DNA from: a virus
Lineage: Duplodnaviria > Caudoviricetes
Direction: 5' to 3' (one strand)
Virus record (IMG/VR): IMGVR_UViG_2695421015_000001
Coordinates: 1 to 64,000 of that record
Length of the DNA stretch: 64,000 bases
This document shows, piece by piece, positions 47,254 to 56,128 of this stretch (within the stretch, counting starts at the first letter, position 1; each line of letters starts with the position of its first letter). The notes under the pieces are model-generated. The model made no database searches. It saw nothing but the letters and a program-made list of their open reading frames with translations, and was not told the DNA's origin. The translations under genes were made by a program, and so were the position numbers.

Positions 47254-48612
47254 TTAGCGTTTGTAGATCGTGAGGACGGTGGTGTTGATGTTCGTCCCGC
47301 TCTCGCTGAACGAGCCGACGGGGAGGTCGTCCCATCGGCCGCCATACGACGCGCTCTCGCCGAGATCATCGAGCAGCCCGTGGTCGTAGCGAGCCGTCGC
47401 CGGCAGGATCGCGATCAGCTTTCCTTCCGGTTTCAAAAACTCATAGGCGTGACGGACGTGCTTGGCGTAGTGCTTGCCGTAGAACGGTGGGTTCATCACC
47501 ACCATATCGAAGTCGCCCGTCGGCACCGTCTCAAGGAAGTTCTTGAGCAGGACGGTGTGGCCCTTGGCCTTGCACTCGGCCGCACGCTTCGGATCGACCT
47601 CGATGCCGTAGGGGTTGGCGCCGGCATCGCGCAGCGCATCCATGAACCGCCCGCAGCCGCAGGACGGTTCGAGCACGCGCTGGCCCTCAAGCCGGTAGTC
47701 TCCGATCTTGTAAAGGATCTCCTTCACCACCTTCACCGGCGTCGGGTAGTATTGCAGGTCCTTAGAGACCGCCGTGCTCTGTTTTTTCTTCGGCTCGTCG
47801 TCGGCGGTGTCAGGCAGCACGTCGCCGTAGAACTCGGCGAGCGCCATGTTGATATCGCGCAACTCCTTCGGCTCGAAGAACAGGTGGCCGTTGCCATTGC
47901 CGAAGGTGCGCAGCCGGACGCCGCGCCCGACGATCGGGAACGGCTTGTCCCACGTCCGGTCGGCGGCCAGCTCGCTGTCCACGAGGAGGGCGTCCTCGTT
48001 CTTGCAGAGCGCTTCGATCTCGCGATGATCGATCAGCGGCTTGCCTTGGTAGACGGCAAGCGCGTTGAGGACGCTCTTGAGTTTGTCGCGGCCGTAGGAG
48101 CCGTAGCTGCCGACGTAGCTGAGGATGACGCGCTTCGGCAGGCCCTTGACGCCGACCTTGACCTTGTCGTGGCTTTTGTAGGCGTCGTCCAGGCCGCAGA
48201 ACACTTCGGCGAGGCCGCGCAGGATGTTGCCGCGCGGATCGAGCAAGAACTTGCCGAAGGTGCCGCGGATGTTGTCGAGCGTGAACGGCGGCGGGGAGGC
48301 GATGGCTTGCTCCCATAGCCGCTTGTCGGTCGGGCTGGCGAGGCGCGCGATATCGAGCCCGCCGTAGACGTGCATCCACGCCGACTTGAGCAGTCCAGTC
48401 TCGAGGTCGCGCGCATAGACGTGACCGGTATCGATGCTGACATCGCCGAACTGACCGGCTACCGTCACTGCCATCTTGAGGTCGTTGCCGGCTTTTTCAA
48501 AAGCCTTCACCGCATCGGGGATGGCGGCCTTCTTGGCGTCGTATTCCGCAACCACGTCGGCGAGGCTGCGCTGTAGGGCGATCTCACCCTCGATTTTGAC
48601 ATGAGCGTTCAT
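47254..48612 (-). CDS. DUF4942-like domain fused to an amino (N6-A/N4-C) DNA methyltransferase
   Basis: QYYPTP, VLEPSCGCG, VVMNPPF, FSESGTNINT; upstream F.NGNGHL.F. Confidence 0.88.
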   Translation of the reverse strand: MNAHVKIEGEIALQRSLADVVAEYDAKKAAIPDAVKAFEKAGNDLKMAVTVAGQFGDVSIDTGHVYARDLETGLLKSAWMHVYGGLDIARLASPTDKRLWEQAIASPPPFTLDNIRGTFGKFLLDPRGNILRGLAEVFCGLDDAYKSHDKVKVGVKGLPKRVILSYVGSYGSYGRDKLKSVLNALAVYQGKPLIDHREIEALCKNEDALLVDSELAADRTWDKPFPIVGRGVRLRTFGNGNGHLFFEPKELRDINMALAEFYGDVLPDTADDEPKKKQSTAVSKDLQYYPTPVKVVKEILYKIGDYRLEGQRVLEPSCGCGRFMDALRDAGANPYGIEVDPKRAAECKAKGHTVLLKNFLETVPTGDFDMVVMNPPFYGKHYAKHVRHAYEFLKPEGKLIAILPATARYDHGLLDDLGESASYGGRWDDLPVGSFSESGTNINTTVLTIYKR

Positions 48613-48692
48613 TGAGTTGGTCTCCTTGTGTGTGAACGTGGTGTGGGCGGCGCCTGCGAAGCGCCGCCTTGCTGGCTGGCCTGCGTGGGGAG

Positions 48693-49088
48693 TTACTTGC
48701 GTTCGAGGGTGCCGCGCTTCATCAAGAGCGGGGCGTACTGTCGGCAGTAGGCTTGCTTGTCGCGCCGCAGCAGATCGGCGATGGCGTCGCTGGTATGGTT
48801 CACGAACCGGGTGACCTCTGGGATCAGCAGGTTGCGGTCGTAATCTTGGTGCGTGCCCATTTTGATGGCGGCGCCGGTGGCGGCCGCAATGTCCGCGCCG
48901 ATGCCGATCTGATCGGCGATCGCGTCGCCCGAACCGTTTACGGTCGTGTAGCCGTCACAAGAGACTGCGACGATCAGCGTGTTCAAGATGATGACAACGT
49001 AGCTCTGCTCCTCCGGTGACAGATCGGCCGCGCGGGCCGGTGACGTCATGACGGAGAGGGCGAGGGCGGCGGCGACGATAGATTTCAT
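48693..49088 (-). CDS. secreted hypothetical protein
   Basis: Signal peptide MKSIVAAALALSVMTSPARA; leader module at 49118. Confidence 0.75.
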   Translation of the reverse strand: MKSIVAAALALSVMTSPARAADLSPEEQSYVVIILNTLIVAVSCDGYTTVNGSGDAIADQIGIGADIAAATGAAIKMGTHQDYDRNLLIPEVTRFVNHTSDAIADLLRRDKQAYCRQYAPLLMKRGTLERK

Positions 49089-49148
49089 GGGTGTGGTCTC
49101 CTTGATGATGGGGAAGGGGGCGCCGCCTGCGAAGCGGCGCCCGGATTG

Positions 49149-49430
49149 TCAGACGTTGACGGCGTGGAAGTTGGCCGCGCCCTTCAATTTTTTGAAGCCG
49201 GGAGGGGATCGGTCGCCCTTGCCGATCCTCATTGAGACGGCAGCGCCCTTGCCGGTTGCCGTCACGTCAGCGCAGTACGCATCGAATGCCGCAGCCGCAT
49301 CTGCTGCGCGTTTGATCTCGACCGTTCTCGACGGAACCGGCGCGCCGTTTCCGCTCAGCATGATTGAGACTTGCAAAGACCCGCGCTCGCTGCGCTCGGC
49401 CGGGTAACTCGACAGGATCAGTTTAGCCAT
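49149..49430 (-). CDS. hypothetical phage protein
   Basis: Leader module at 49469. Confidence 0.7.
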   Translation of the reverse strand: MAKLILSSYPAERSERGSLQVSIMLSGNGAPVPSRTVEIKRAADAAAAFDAYCADVTATGKGAAVSMRIGKGDRSPPGFKKLKGAANFHAVNV

Positions 49431-49510
49431 GGTGGTGGTCTCCTTGATTTTGGTGGGGTGGTGGAAAGCCGCGCGGCGGTCTGCGAAACCGCCGCGCGGG
49501 TCGTTGGTGG

Positions 49511-50539
49511 TTACTTGCCGCCGTAGCGGCGCCGCAGGCCGAGCGAGTGCTCGACGTGCTTGACCAGCTGCTCCTCGTCGACGCCGTAGCATTCGAGGAA
49601 GTCGGCGACCTCGTCGGGGAACTCGCGAACAATGTCGCTCATGCCCATGCGCGAGGCCCGATCCAGATCAACCGTGCGGCCGGAACGGATATCGCTGAGC
49701 CAGTCACGATCATCCTTGTTCCAGTCGAGCGGGTGCGGATCGTCGGTGTCGATCAGCGGATTGCGCGATACGATCAGCAAATTGGTATCGAGGTTGATCA
49801 GCCGCTCCCGCAGGTCGAGCAGGAACTCCATGTCCAGCGTCTCCTTCGGCGAGTGGCAATGCTCCATTCCAACCGAAATGTTGGTGCATTCCGGGATCAG
49901 GTGCGTGTAGTTGGCGGTGTCGGTGAAGATTCCGCCGTCATCCAGCGTGAAGCCGCCGCCGAGCAAGCCAGCCAGCTGGGAAGCGAACAGATCGGAGCAG
50001 CATCGCCCGAACTGATGGGTGATGACCGAGGTCGTCCCCTTGCGATCAAACGCGATCGCAATCTGGATGCCTTCGAGCAGATCGTTTCGCTTGTCGGCAA
50101 TGTGGCGAGAGCCGTGACCGCCGATCTCCTCCTCGCGGTGGAAGATGTAGAGGCCGGGCTTGCCGGCCAGGATCATCTCGCGCATCAGCCAGACGCCCGC
50201 GGTGCAGTCAGCACCGAGGCAGTTCGACTCGCGTTCGCTCTTGGCAAGCTTGACGAGGCCTTTGGCACAGACGACGTTCTGGATACCTGTCGTCCGGTGC
50301 ACCGTGTCGGTATGGCTCGACCACATGACGTTGGTCTCGCCGATCCGGATGTAGAGGTTGCCGTAGTCATCCTGCTTTAGGCCGAGCGGGAGCAACCACT
50401 TCTTGATGAAGTTGCTCTCGGTCCTGCTGCCCGCCGGGCGGCGGTAGCTTATCATGCGCGCCAGCGCATCGAGGCCGGCGACGAGGCGAGGGGCGGGCGC
50501 CGCTGCGGGGGCGGATATGGTGGTGGTTTCGAGGTACAT
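49511..50539 (-). CDS. M20/M28-type zinc peptidase/amidohydrolase
   Basis: SHTDTV, LGAD..AG, EEIG, FDR, and a C-terminal H metal ligand. Confidence 0.85.
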   Translation of the reverse strand: MYLETTTISAPAAAPAPRLVAGLDALARMISYRRPAGSRTESNFIKKWLLPLGLKQDDYGNLYIRIGETNVMWSSHTDTVHRTTGIQNVVCAKGLVKLAKSERESNCLGADCTAGVWLMREMILAGKPGLYIFHREEEIGGHGSRHIADKRNDLLEGIQIAIAFDRKGTTSVITHQFGRCCSDLFASQLAGLLGGGFTLDDGGIFTDTANYTHLIPECTNISVGMEHCHSPKETLDMEFLLDLRERLINLDTNLLIVSRNPLIDTDDPHPLDWNKDDRDWLSDIRSGRTVDLDRASRMGMSDIVREFPDEVADFLECYGVDEEQLVKHVEHSLGLRRRYGGK

Positions 50540-50566
50540 GGATGGTCTCCTTGATGATTGGGTGTT

Positions 50567-52012
50567 TCAGCGCGCTGCGAACGCGGGGGTCCAGGTCGTG
50601 ATTGGCATCTCGAGTTGGTCGGGATGGTGGATGGTGGGGGACGGCTTGCGCGGCAGCGGCTCGTCGGCAGCGGCTTCCGCCGCATTGGCCTCTTCGGTGT
50701 CGAAACCTACGGTGCGGCCGTCGGGCAGATCGACGGTGGCATCGTCGGCGTACCAGTTGCCGGTGACGTCGCACTTGGTCGCATAACTACGGCGCTCATC
50801 TTCGCACCAGTTCTTGGTCCCGTTGAGGGTGATGACCTCGAAGAGATCGTCCGCCGGATAGTTCTTGCCGTTGCTGTCGCAGATGCCGCCGTCGTTTTGG
50901 AACTTCCATTCCGACCAGTAATCGCCGTCGGCCATTGACACCGCGTCGTCTTCCGGCACGCTGATGCCTTCGTCCGAGCAGAAAATGGCGTGACGCTCTT
51001 CGCAATGGCGACACCACGTCGCTTCGAATCGGCGCGAGGTATTGACGCTGCAGGTCTCGTCCTCGTCCACACGCTCCTCGCAACGGTCGCAGGAAATTCT
51101 GTTGCCGTCGGGCGGGCAGATGCCGGTCGGATCGGAGTCGGAGCAGCTGTAGCGGCCATGATGGCGGAGGATCAGGTGCGTTTTCCCGACGTCGAAATCG
51201 CCGACGGAGTCGACGTAGGGGCAAACCCAGCCGCCGCCTTCCTCAATCTTGAGCAGGCGCGCGCCTTCGAGGTCGCCTTCCTTGTAGCCGAGGGCTTTCA
51301 GAAGGGGCTTTAACCGCGCTTCGTCGCCATAGAAACGGGTGAAGATCTTCTTGGCCGGCCAGACGACGCTGCGGGCGGTGATGCGCTTGTCGAAGTGCGA
51401 TGCGTCGTCCCGCTCAAGGTAGGCAACAGCCAGGTCGCCGGCCGCGTAGACCCGAACCGGGTGGATGCTGCTTTCGTAATCCTCCGCATCGTGCGACATG
51501 CAGCTATCCGGACCGTCGAGGTAGACCCGTTCGATCTCGTCTTCGGTGTCGGCGAACCGAACCTCGTTGCTTTCGGTTTCGGCGGCCAGTTCGGTTGCCA
51601 GCCGCGCGATCACGTCGTCGGACAGTACGTCATCGAAGAATCGTTTCAGGTAGGCGCCAGCGCGCATGCGGGTCTGGCGATCTGCCGCGCCCTTCTCCGC
51701 GTCCTCGGTGAAGGCGACATAGCCGCCCTTTTCCATTGACAGGTGCAGGAAGTGTTCGCTGTTGTAACGCTCGCGGAACCAGACCGCGTTGGTCCACGGC
51801 ACCGGCAGGTAGGTGCCATCTTCCATGCGCCCACGTTCTCGCTCGCGCCATTCGGAGCCGTCGACGATGGGGCGGGGCTGGTGCTTCTGCCCGGTTTCGG
51901 TGGTGAGGCTGACGGCCGCGACGGCCGCCATCTCTCCCGTGGGCCAGCGAGTCGGGCCCTCGATCGATCCGACGAATTGCTTGGTGACGATGTTCAGAAC
52001 CTGGAAGTGCAT
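50567..52012 (-). CDS. large hypothetical phage protein with C-terminal CxxC repeats
   Basis: SCM, ARSVVW, RFYG, PYVD; CDRC, CRHC; leader module at 52032. Confidence 0.8.
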   Translation of the reverse strand: MHFQVLNIVTKQFVGSIEGPTRWPTGEMAAVAAVSLTTETGQKHQPRPIVDGSEWRERERGRMEDGTYLPVPWTNAVWFRERYNSEHFLHLSMEKGGYVAFTEDAEKGAADRQTRMRAGAYLKRFFDDVLSDDVIARLATELAAETESNEVRFADTEDEIERVYLDGPDSCMSHDAEDYESSIHPVRVYAAGDLAVAYLERDDASHFDKRITARSVVWPAKKIFTRFYGDEARLKPLLKALGYKEGDLEGARLLKIEEGGGWVCPYVDSVGDFDVGKTHLILRHHGRYSCSDSDPTGICPPDGNRISCDRCEERVDEDETCSVNTSRRFEATWCRHCEERHAIFCSDEGISVPEDDAVSMADGDYWSEWKFQNDGGICDSNGKNYPADDLFEVITLNGTKNWCEDERRSYATKCDVTGNWYADDATVDLPDGRTVGFDTEEANAAEAAADEPLPRKPSPTIHHPDQLEMPITTWTPAFAAR

Positions 52013-52127
52013 AGGTTGGTCTCCTTGAAGTGCCGCCCTGCGAAGGCGGCGTTGGGTTTCAGACATGCAGCATCCGTCCGCGGCGCCTGCGAAGCGCCGC
52101 GGTCGGCAGGTCTTGAGTTGTCGGGGC

Positions 52128-52319
52128 TCAGGTCAGCGGGGGAGTGTGCCTAACCGCATCACGCGCCGCCAAAAAGCAGAGCACGAAGGCGACCCACGAG
52201 CCGTCCCATATGAACAAGCCGGCAGCGACCGCCGACCAGCACCAGTTCGATATGCGCGCCGGCATCAGGGTGAGGATGAACAGCGTGAGCAGCCACACCA
52301 CCCAGAGAGGTCCATTCAC
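52128..52319 (-). CDS. small membrane protein
   Basis: Highly hydrophobic; GTGA coupling. Confidence 0.6.
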   Translation of the reverse strand: MNGPLWVVWLLTLFILTLMPARISNWCWSAVAAGLFIWDGSWVAFVLCFLAARDAVRHTPPLT

Positions 52320-52615
52320 TGGCCGCCCTCCGTCTCGACGTCGATGGCGTTGCGCCCGCTGACGCGGACGGTCGTGACCGGCGTGTAGGTGGTGTTGGCG
52401 CGGATGAACTGCGGTGACAGTTTCGCCCGCGCCTTTTTCATGTTGAGGTTGGCGCGCTCGCTCTCGCTCACGGTGACGCGGTAGAAGGTGCCTTCGTAGG
52501 CGCCTTCACCCTGCGCCACGATCTGCTCATGCAGCGGCTTGAGTTTGGTCTCCAGTTCCGCGATCTGGGCCTTGAGCAGGCCGTAGTCGTCGATCAGGGG
52601 CCCGATGTTGCTCAT
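52316..52615 (-). CDS. hypothetical phage protein
   Basis: RBS AGGAGG; LIDDYGLLKAQIAELE. Confidence 0.75.
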   Translation of the reverse strand: MSNIGPLIDDYGLLKAQIAELETKLKPLHEQIVAQGEGAYEGTFYRVTVSESERANLNMKKARAKLSPQFIRANTTYTPVTTVRVSGRNAIDVETEGGQ

Positions 52616-52797
52616 TGCGGCGCCTCCTGATCGGATAGCACCGCGAAGGAGTGGATCTTCGGATCGCCGTACTCGTCGAGGATGCCGATTGTGCTGGTAG
52701 CCGTCTCGATCAGCGTGTCGAGAGCATCGCACAGCGACTCCGCGTCGGTGATGCTATCATCGTAGCGCACCGACAGTTTTAGCTCCGCGATCCTCAT
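52612..52797 (-). CDS. hypothetical phage protein
   Basis: ATGA coupling. Confidence 0.65.
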   Translation of the reverse strand: MRIAELKLSVRYDDSITDAESLCDALDTLIETATSTIGILDEYGDPKIHSFAVLSDQEAPQ

Positions 52798-53036
52798 GGC
52801 ACCACCACGACCTGACCGGCTTGCGTCACGCCGCCGAACCTCTCGACCAGCAGAGCGAAAGCGCCGGCCGCGAACTCCAGACCGGAGAAGCTATCGAACA
52901 TCGCGACCTCGCCGGGGGCGTCGATGACGACGGCGAACGAGGTGTTGACCGACATGGGTTGGACGATCGTCTGCCGTTCGATCAGGCGCACCGTCACCCC
53001 GTCCTCGGGGCCGGTGTATCGGTAGAGTGTCTTCAT
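52794..53036 (-). CDS. hypothetical phage protein
   Basis: Leader module at 53058. Confidence 0.65.
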   Translation of the reverse strand: MKTLYRYTGPEDGVTVRLIERQTIVQPMSVNTSFAVVIDAPGEVAMFDSFSGLEFAAGAFALLVERFGGVTQAGQVVVVP

Positions 53037-53088
53037 GGTTGTTGGTCTCCTTGGTTGCCCCGCTGCGAACGGGGGTTGGGTGAAAGTG

Positions 53089-53301
53089 TTACCACCGCCA
53101 TTCGGTCGGCAGTGCTTGATAGCGCTTGTCGAGAATCTCCTCGGCGTACAGCGCCAGCTTGATCTTCCCGCTGGAACGCAAGTCCATCGCGTGGGCCTTT
53201 TGCGAGGCATAGCGAGAGAGCGCCAGCAGATGCTTGGCCAGCTCGCGCAACTCACTCTGATCCAAGCAGTCGAGGTTTGGGACGTTGATCGTGTCGGCCA
53301 T
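53089..53301 (-). CDS. hypothetical phage protein
   Basis: 70 aa, ends YQALPTEWRW. Confidence 0.65.
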   Translation of the reverse strand: MADTINVPNLDCLDQSELRELAKHLLALSRYASQKAHAMDLRSSGKIKLALYAEEILDKRYQALPTEWRW

Positions 53302-53303
53302 GC

Positions 53304-54014
53304 TCACCCCCACTGCGCTGCCATCGCTGTCGCGACTTTCGGAAAGAACTTGCTACGCTCCTTCCAGCGCGCGGGGCCGGGCGCCGCCTTGTGGACGCGG
53401 TCCTCGGGCTTTGCGCCCTTGGGCAGCTTGAGCGCGATCCGGCATTGCTCCCACGTCTCGAAGGTCGGGATGAGCGGCTTCATGTCGTCCCCGACGATCC
53501 AGAAGCAGGTGCGCTTGGTTTCTGGGTCGCCGAACATCCACGGCTGGATCGATTGCGCCGGCTCGCGATAGTTCTTGATCTTGGCCTTGCCGTAGCCGTG
53601 CATCACCGGGTTCTCCAGAACCTTGCGGGGGATCTTCGCGTTCAGGAGCGTCGAGAACAGCGCAGCGCCCTGATCCAGCTTCATCCACATGAACTCCAGG
53701 CGCTCCCTGCGGTTCATGCGAGCGTAGGCCGCGATCTCCCTCGCCGTGTAGTGCTCCGCGGTGAGTTTGCCCGGAGGCTCTTTCAACCAGCGGACGCCGC
53801 TGTTGCATAGCCGGGTACACGGCGGATGCGCGACCATCAGGAAGTCCCAATCGTCGTCGAGGACGTCGCGGACGTCGCCCTGAATGTGTTTGTTGTTGCG
53901 GTCGGCCGCCGGCAGCAGGTCGCATGACCATGCGTCGTGACCTCGTGCGGCGAACGCGCGCCGCACCACGCCTGAGAACTCGCAGGCGACGAGGACTTTC
54001 ATCGACTTCCTCAT
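53304..54014 (-). CDS. phage C5-cytosine DNA methyltransferase-like protein
   Basis: VLVACEFSG, SCDL, AHPPCT (catalytic PC), LENP, K.TC.W, ERSK.F...A.AMA.QWG. Confidence 0.8.
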   Translation of the reverse strand: MRKSMKVLVACEFSGVVRRAFAARGHDAWSCDLLPAADRNNKHIQGDVRDVLDDDWDFLMVAHPPCTRLCNSGVRWLKEPPGKLTAEHYTAREIAAYARMNRRERLEFMWMKLDQGAALFSTLLNAKIPRKVLENPVMHGYGKAKIKNYREPAQSIQPWMFGDPETKRTCFWIVGDDMKPLIPTFETWEQCRIALKLPKGAKPEDRVHKAAPGPARWKERSKFFPKVATAMAAQWG

Positions 54015-54199
54015 CGCGAGGACTCCCCCAGCCACACGACAGGGAAGCCGTCGGCCTCGGCAGCGTCTTGGAGCGCGTCGAGGAAATTTATCAGCCCGTC
54101 GACGGCGGGGTTGCCGTCAATCCGTAGCAACGCGAGCTTCTGCTGTGCCAGCAAAGCCCAGTCGGTCTTTGCCAGCACGTCATGTATCTTGGTCGTCAT
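54011..54199 (-). CDS. hypothetical phage protein
   Basis: DWALLAQQKLALL...GLINFLDALQD; leader module at 54222. Confidence 0.7.
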   Translation of the reverse strand: MTTKIHDVLAKTDWALLAQQKLALLRIDGNPAVDGLINFLDALQDAAEADGFPVVWLGESSR

Positions 54200-54249
54200 G
54201 ATTTGGTCTCCTTGATTGAAACGGCTCTGCGAAAGCCGGGTGGGTTGGA

Positions 54250-54585
54250 TCAGGCCTTGTCGGCGATGACGATGGTGCCCTTGGAGTAGGACACCTCGAC
54301 ATGGGTGCCGGTGAAGGTCGCAGCGACCTTGGCGCCGGTGATATCGATGATCGGCTTCTCACCCTTGCCGCTGACGGTGCCGCGCTCGGACACGCCGTGC
54401 TTCGCGAACATGGTCTCGGAGCAGACGATGATCGTGAGCACTCCCTTGTGCCACATGCGGGTGAAGCGCGTGCCCACGGTGAAGCCGTGGTCGACGAGGC
54501 GCTTGCCCTCGATCCAGATGCGGGTGCGCTCGCCGGCGCGGGTGGTGCCGAGCTTAGTGGTGAAGCTGACGGTCGGGCGTGACAT
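54250..54585 (-). CDS. hypothetical phage protein (possible AbrB/SymE-like fold)
   Basis: RIWIEGKRLVDHGFTVG...PIIDI; RBS AAGGAGACC. Confidence 0.7.
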   Translation of the reverse strand: MSRPTVSFTTKLGTTRAGERTRIWIEGKRLVDHGFTVGTRFTRMWHKGVLTIIVCSETMFAKHGVSERGTVSGKGEKPIIDITGAKVAATFTGTHVEVSYSKGTIVIADKA

Positions 54586-54919
54586 GGTTGGTCTCCTTGG
54601 TTGAGGTCTGCGAAGGCTTGTTGTGATATTTTAGCTCTCGGTGCCGCATGCAGATGCGACACTCCTTGGTTCCGTCGGGGCGGTGATAGGTATTGGCCTT
54701 GGTGCGCGGGTGGCCGTTGCGGCACTGCTTCTGCGCAGGCGTCTCCCGCTCCCGCTTGGCGTGATATCGAAGCGCGCAGCAGAGGCGACAGACGTTCGAG
54801 CCTCGCGCGTCGATAAAGCTGGATTTGGCGTTTCGCGGGTGTCCACGCTTGCAGGCCGCGTCCAGCCTCGGGGCGCCGCGCGGGCGCCCCGTCGGTTTGT
54901 ATTTGCCGCTCCTACCCAT
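54554..54919 (-). CDS. protein with two Cys/His zinc-binding repeats
   Basis: CKRGH...CRLC and CRNGH..NTY..KECRIC. Confidence 0.7.
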   Translation of the reverse strand: MGRSGKYKPTGRPRGAPRLDAACKRGHPRNAKSSFIDARGSNVCRLCCALRYHAKRERETPAQKQCRNGHPRTKANTYHRPDGTKECRICMRHRELKYHNKPSQTSTKETNHVTPDRQLHH

Positions 54920-55109
54920 TGCCTGCCATCATCCAGCCCGCGACGGCGAAGCTGAGGATGACGGTCGCGCCGACCGCCAGTTCGATATGCGATGGGAATT
55001 TCGGGGCGACGTACTCGGCGACGGGGTGGCCATAGTCGTCGATGGCAGCGGCCGCGACAGCGAGCGCGCAGGCCAGCAGGATCGCGACAACGGTGATGAA
55101 GTGCAGCAT
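54912..55109 (-). CDS. small membrane protein
   Basis: Two hydrophobic segments; leader module at 55134. Confidence 0.7.
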   Translation of the reverse strand: MLHFITVVAILLACALAVAAAAIDDYGHPVAEYVAPKFPSHIELAVGATVILSFAVAGWMMAGNG

Positions 55110-55161
55110 GGGTGTGGTCTCCTTGGTTGAAATCCGTCTGCGAAACGGGCGAGGGTGAATA

Positions 55162-55326
55162 TCAGCCGACCATCAGAATGATCGGCTTGCGGGTGATGGC
55201 GAAGCTGAGCGAGTAGAGTTCGGCTTCGCTGTAGCGCCAGAACTTGCGCGTGGTGGCGAACACATAATGCGTTCCGGAATCATCGCCCCGGAACAGCACC
55301 TTGTAGTAGGGCTTTGGCTTTGCCAC
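55162..55326 (-). CDS. 54-aa hypothetical protein (below ORF-track cutoff)
   Basis: GTG start MAKPKPYYKVLFRGDD...; fills the gap between genes. Confidence 0.5.
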   Translation of the reverse strand: MAKPKPYYKVLFRGDDSGTHYVFATTRKFWRYSEAELYSLSFAITRKPIILMVG

Positions 55327-55329
55327 CGC

Positions 55330-55596
55330 TCACAACTCCCACTCGCCGCCTTCGTCACCTTCGTCGATGACCTTCGGGCACTTCTGGCCTTTGCGCTTCG
55401 GCTTGAAGTTGGCGCACAGGCCGCCAAAGCCGGGCTGGTAGTCAGCATCGGGGCCCAATGCGATCTTCAGGTGGTCGGCCAGCGCGCGGGCCAGCTCGTT
55501 CGCCAGCACCTCGAACTGGTCCACGTAGCGCTGCCTGCCGGGCAGCTTGCTGTTCGTTGCTGCGTCCAGCATGTTGTTGATGTCGAGTACCTTCAT
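55330..55596 (-). CDS. hypothetical phage protein
   Basis: Leader module at 55616; MKVLDINNML. Confidence 0.75.
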   Translation of the reverse strand: MKVLDINNMLDAATNSKLPGRQRYVDQFEVLANELARALADHLKIALGPDADYQPGFGGLCANFKPKRKGQKCPKVIDEGDEGGEWEL

Positions 55597-55637
55597 GATT
55601 GGTCTCCTTGATTGAGCCGTCTGCGAAACGGCGGTGG

Positions 55638-55874
55638 TTAGTGGGCGTGGACGAAGTTCTCTTTGCTCCAGCGCACGAAGTGACGCTCCTCGCGTCGCTC
55701 CATCGCGCGCCGGGCTTCCTTGAATGGGCAGTGCGGCACCGTGCCGTGGACGCGCCACGGCTCTGCCATCTCCTGCGGGGTACGGTTGGTCTGGCGCCAC
55801 TCTGCAAACAGTTGCGCAACCGCCGAGTGGGGCCGCCACGAGCGGCGGATGTGTCGCATTTCTGAGAACCGCAT
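55638..55874 (-). CDS. hypothetical protein
   Basis: RBS GGAG; MRFSEMRHIRR. Confidence 0.55.
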   Translation of the reverse strand: MRFSEMRHIRRSWRPHSAVAQLFAEWRQTNRTPQEMAEPWRVHGTVPHCPFKEARRAMERREERHFVRWSKENFVHAH

Positions 55875-55879
55875 GGCGT

Positions 55880-56053
55880 TCACTCCGCTGCTTGCTGCAT
55901 CGTGGGCGCGCGGGCGGCAATGATCCGCTCGGCGTCCTTTCGCTGCTGCCATGAAAGCGAAAGGCCCGCGTGGTAGCGGGCCACGATCTCGTCGTTGGTG
56001 AACTCGATCAGGTCGAGGTCTGCGAAGTGCGCGTTGTATCTTGCGCTTTGCAT
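55880..56053 (-). CDS. 57-aa hypothetical protein (below ORF-track cutoff)
   Basis: Leader module at 56086; MQSARYNAHFADLDLIEF. Confidence 0.65.
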   Translation of the reverse strand: MQSARYNAHFADLDLIEFTNDEIVARYHAGLSLSWQQRKDAERIIAARAPTMQQAAE

Positions 56054-56128
56054 CGATGGTCTCCTTGGTTGGATGGAAACGAGGACGCGCTCGCTGCGAA
56101 CGAGCGCGCCCCGTCGGTGGCGGGTTAA

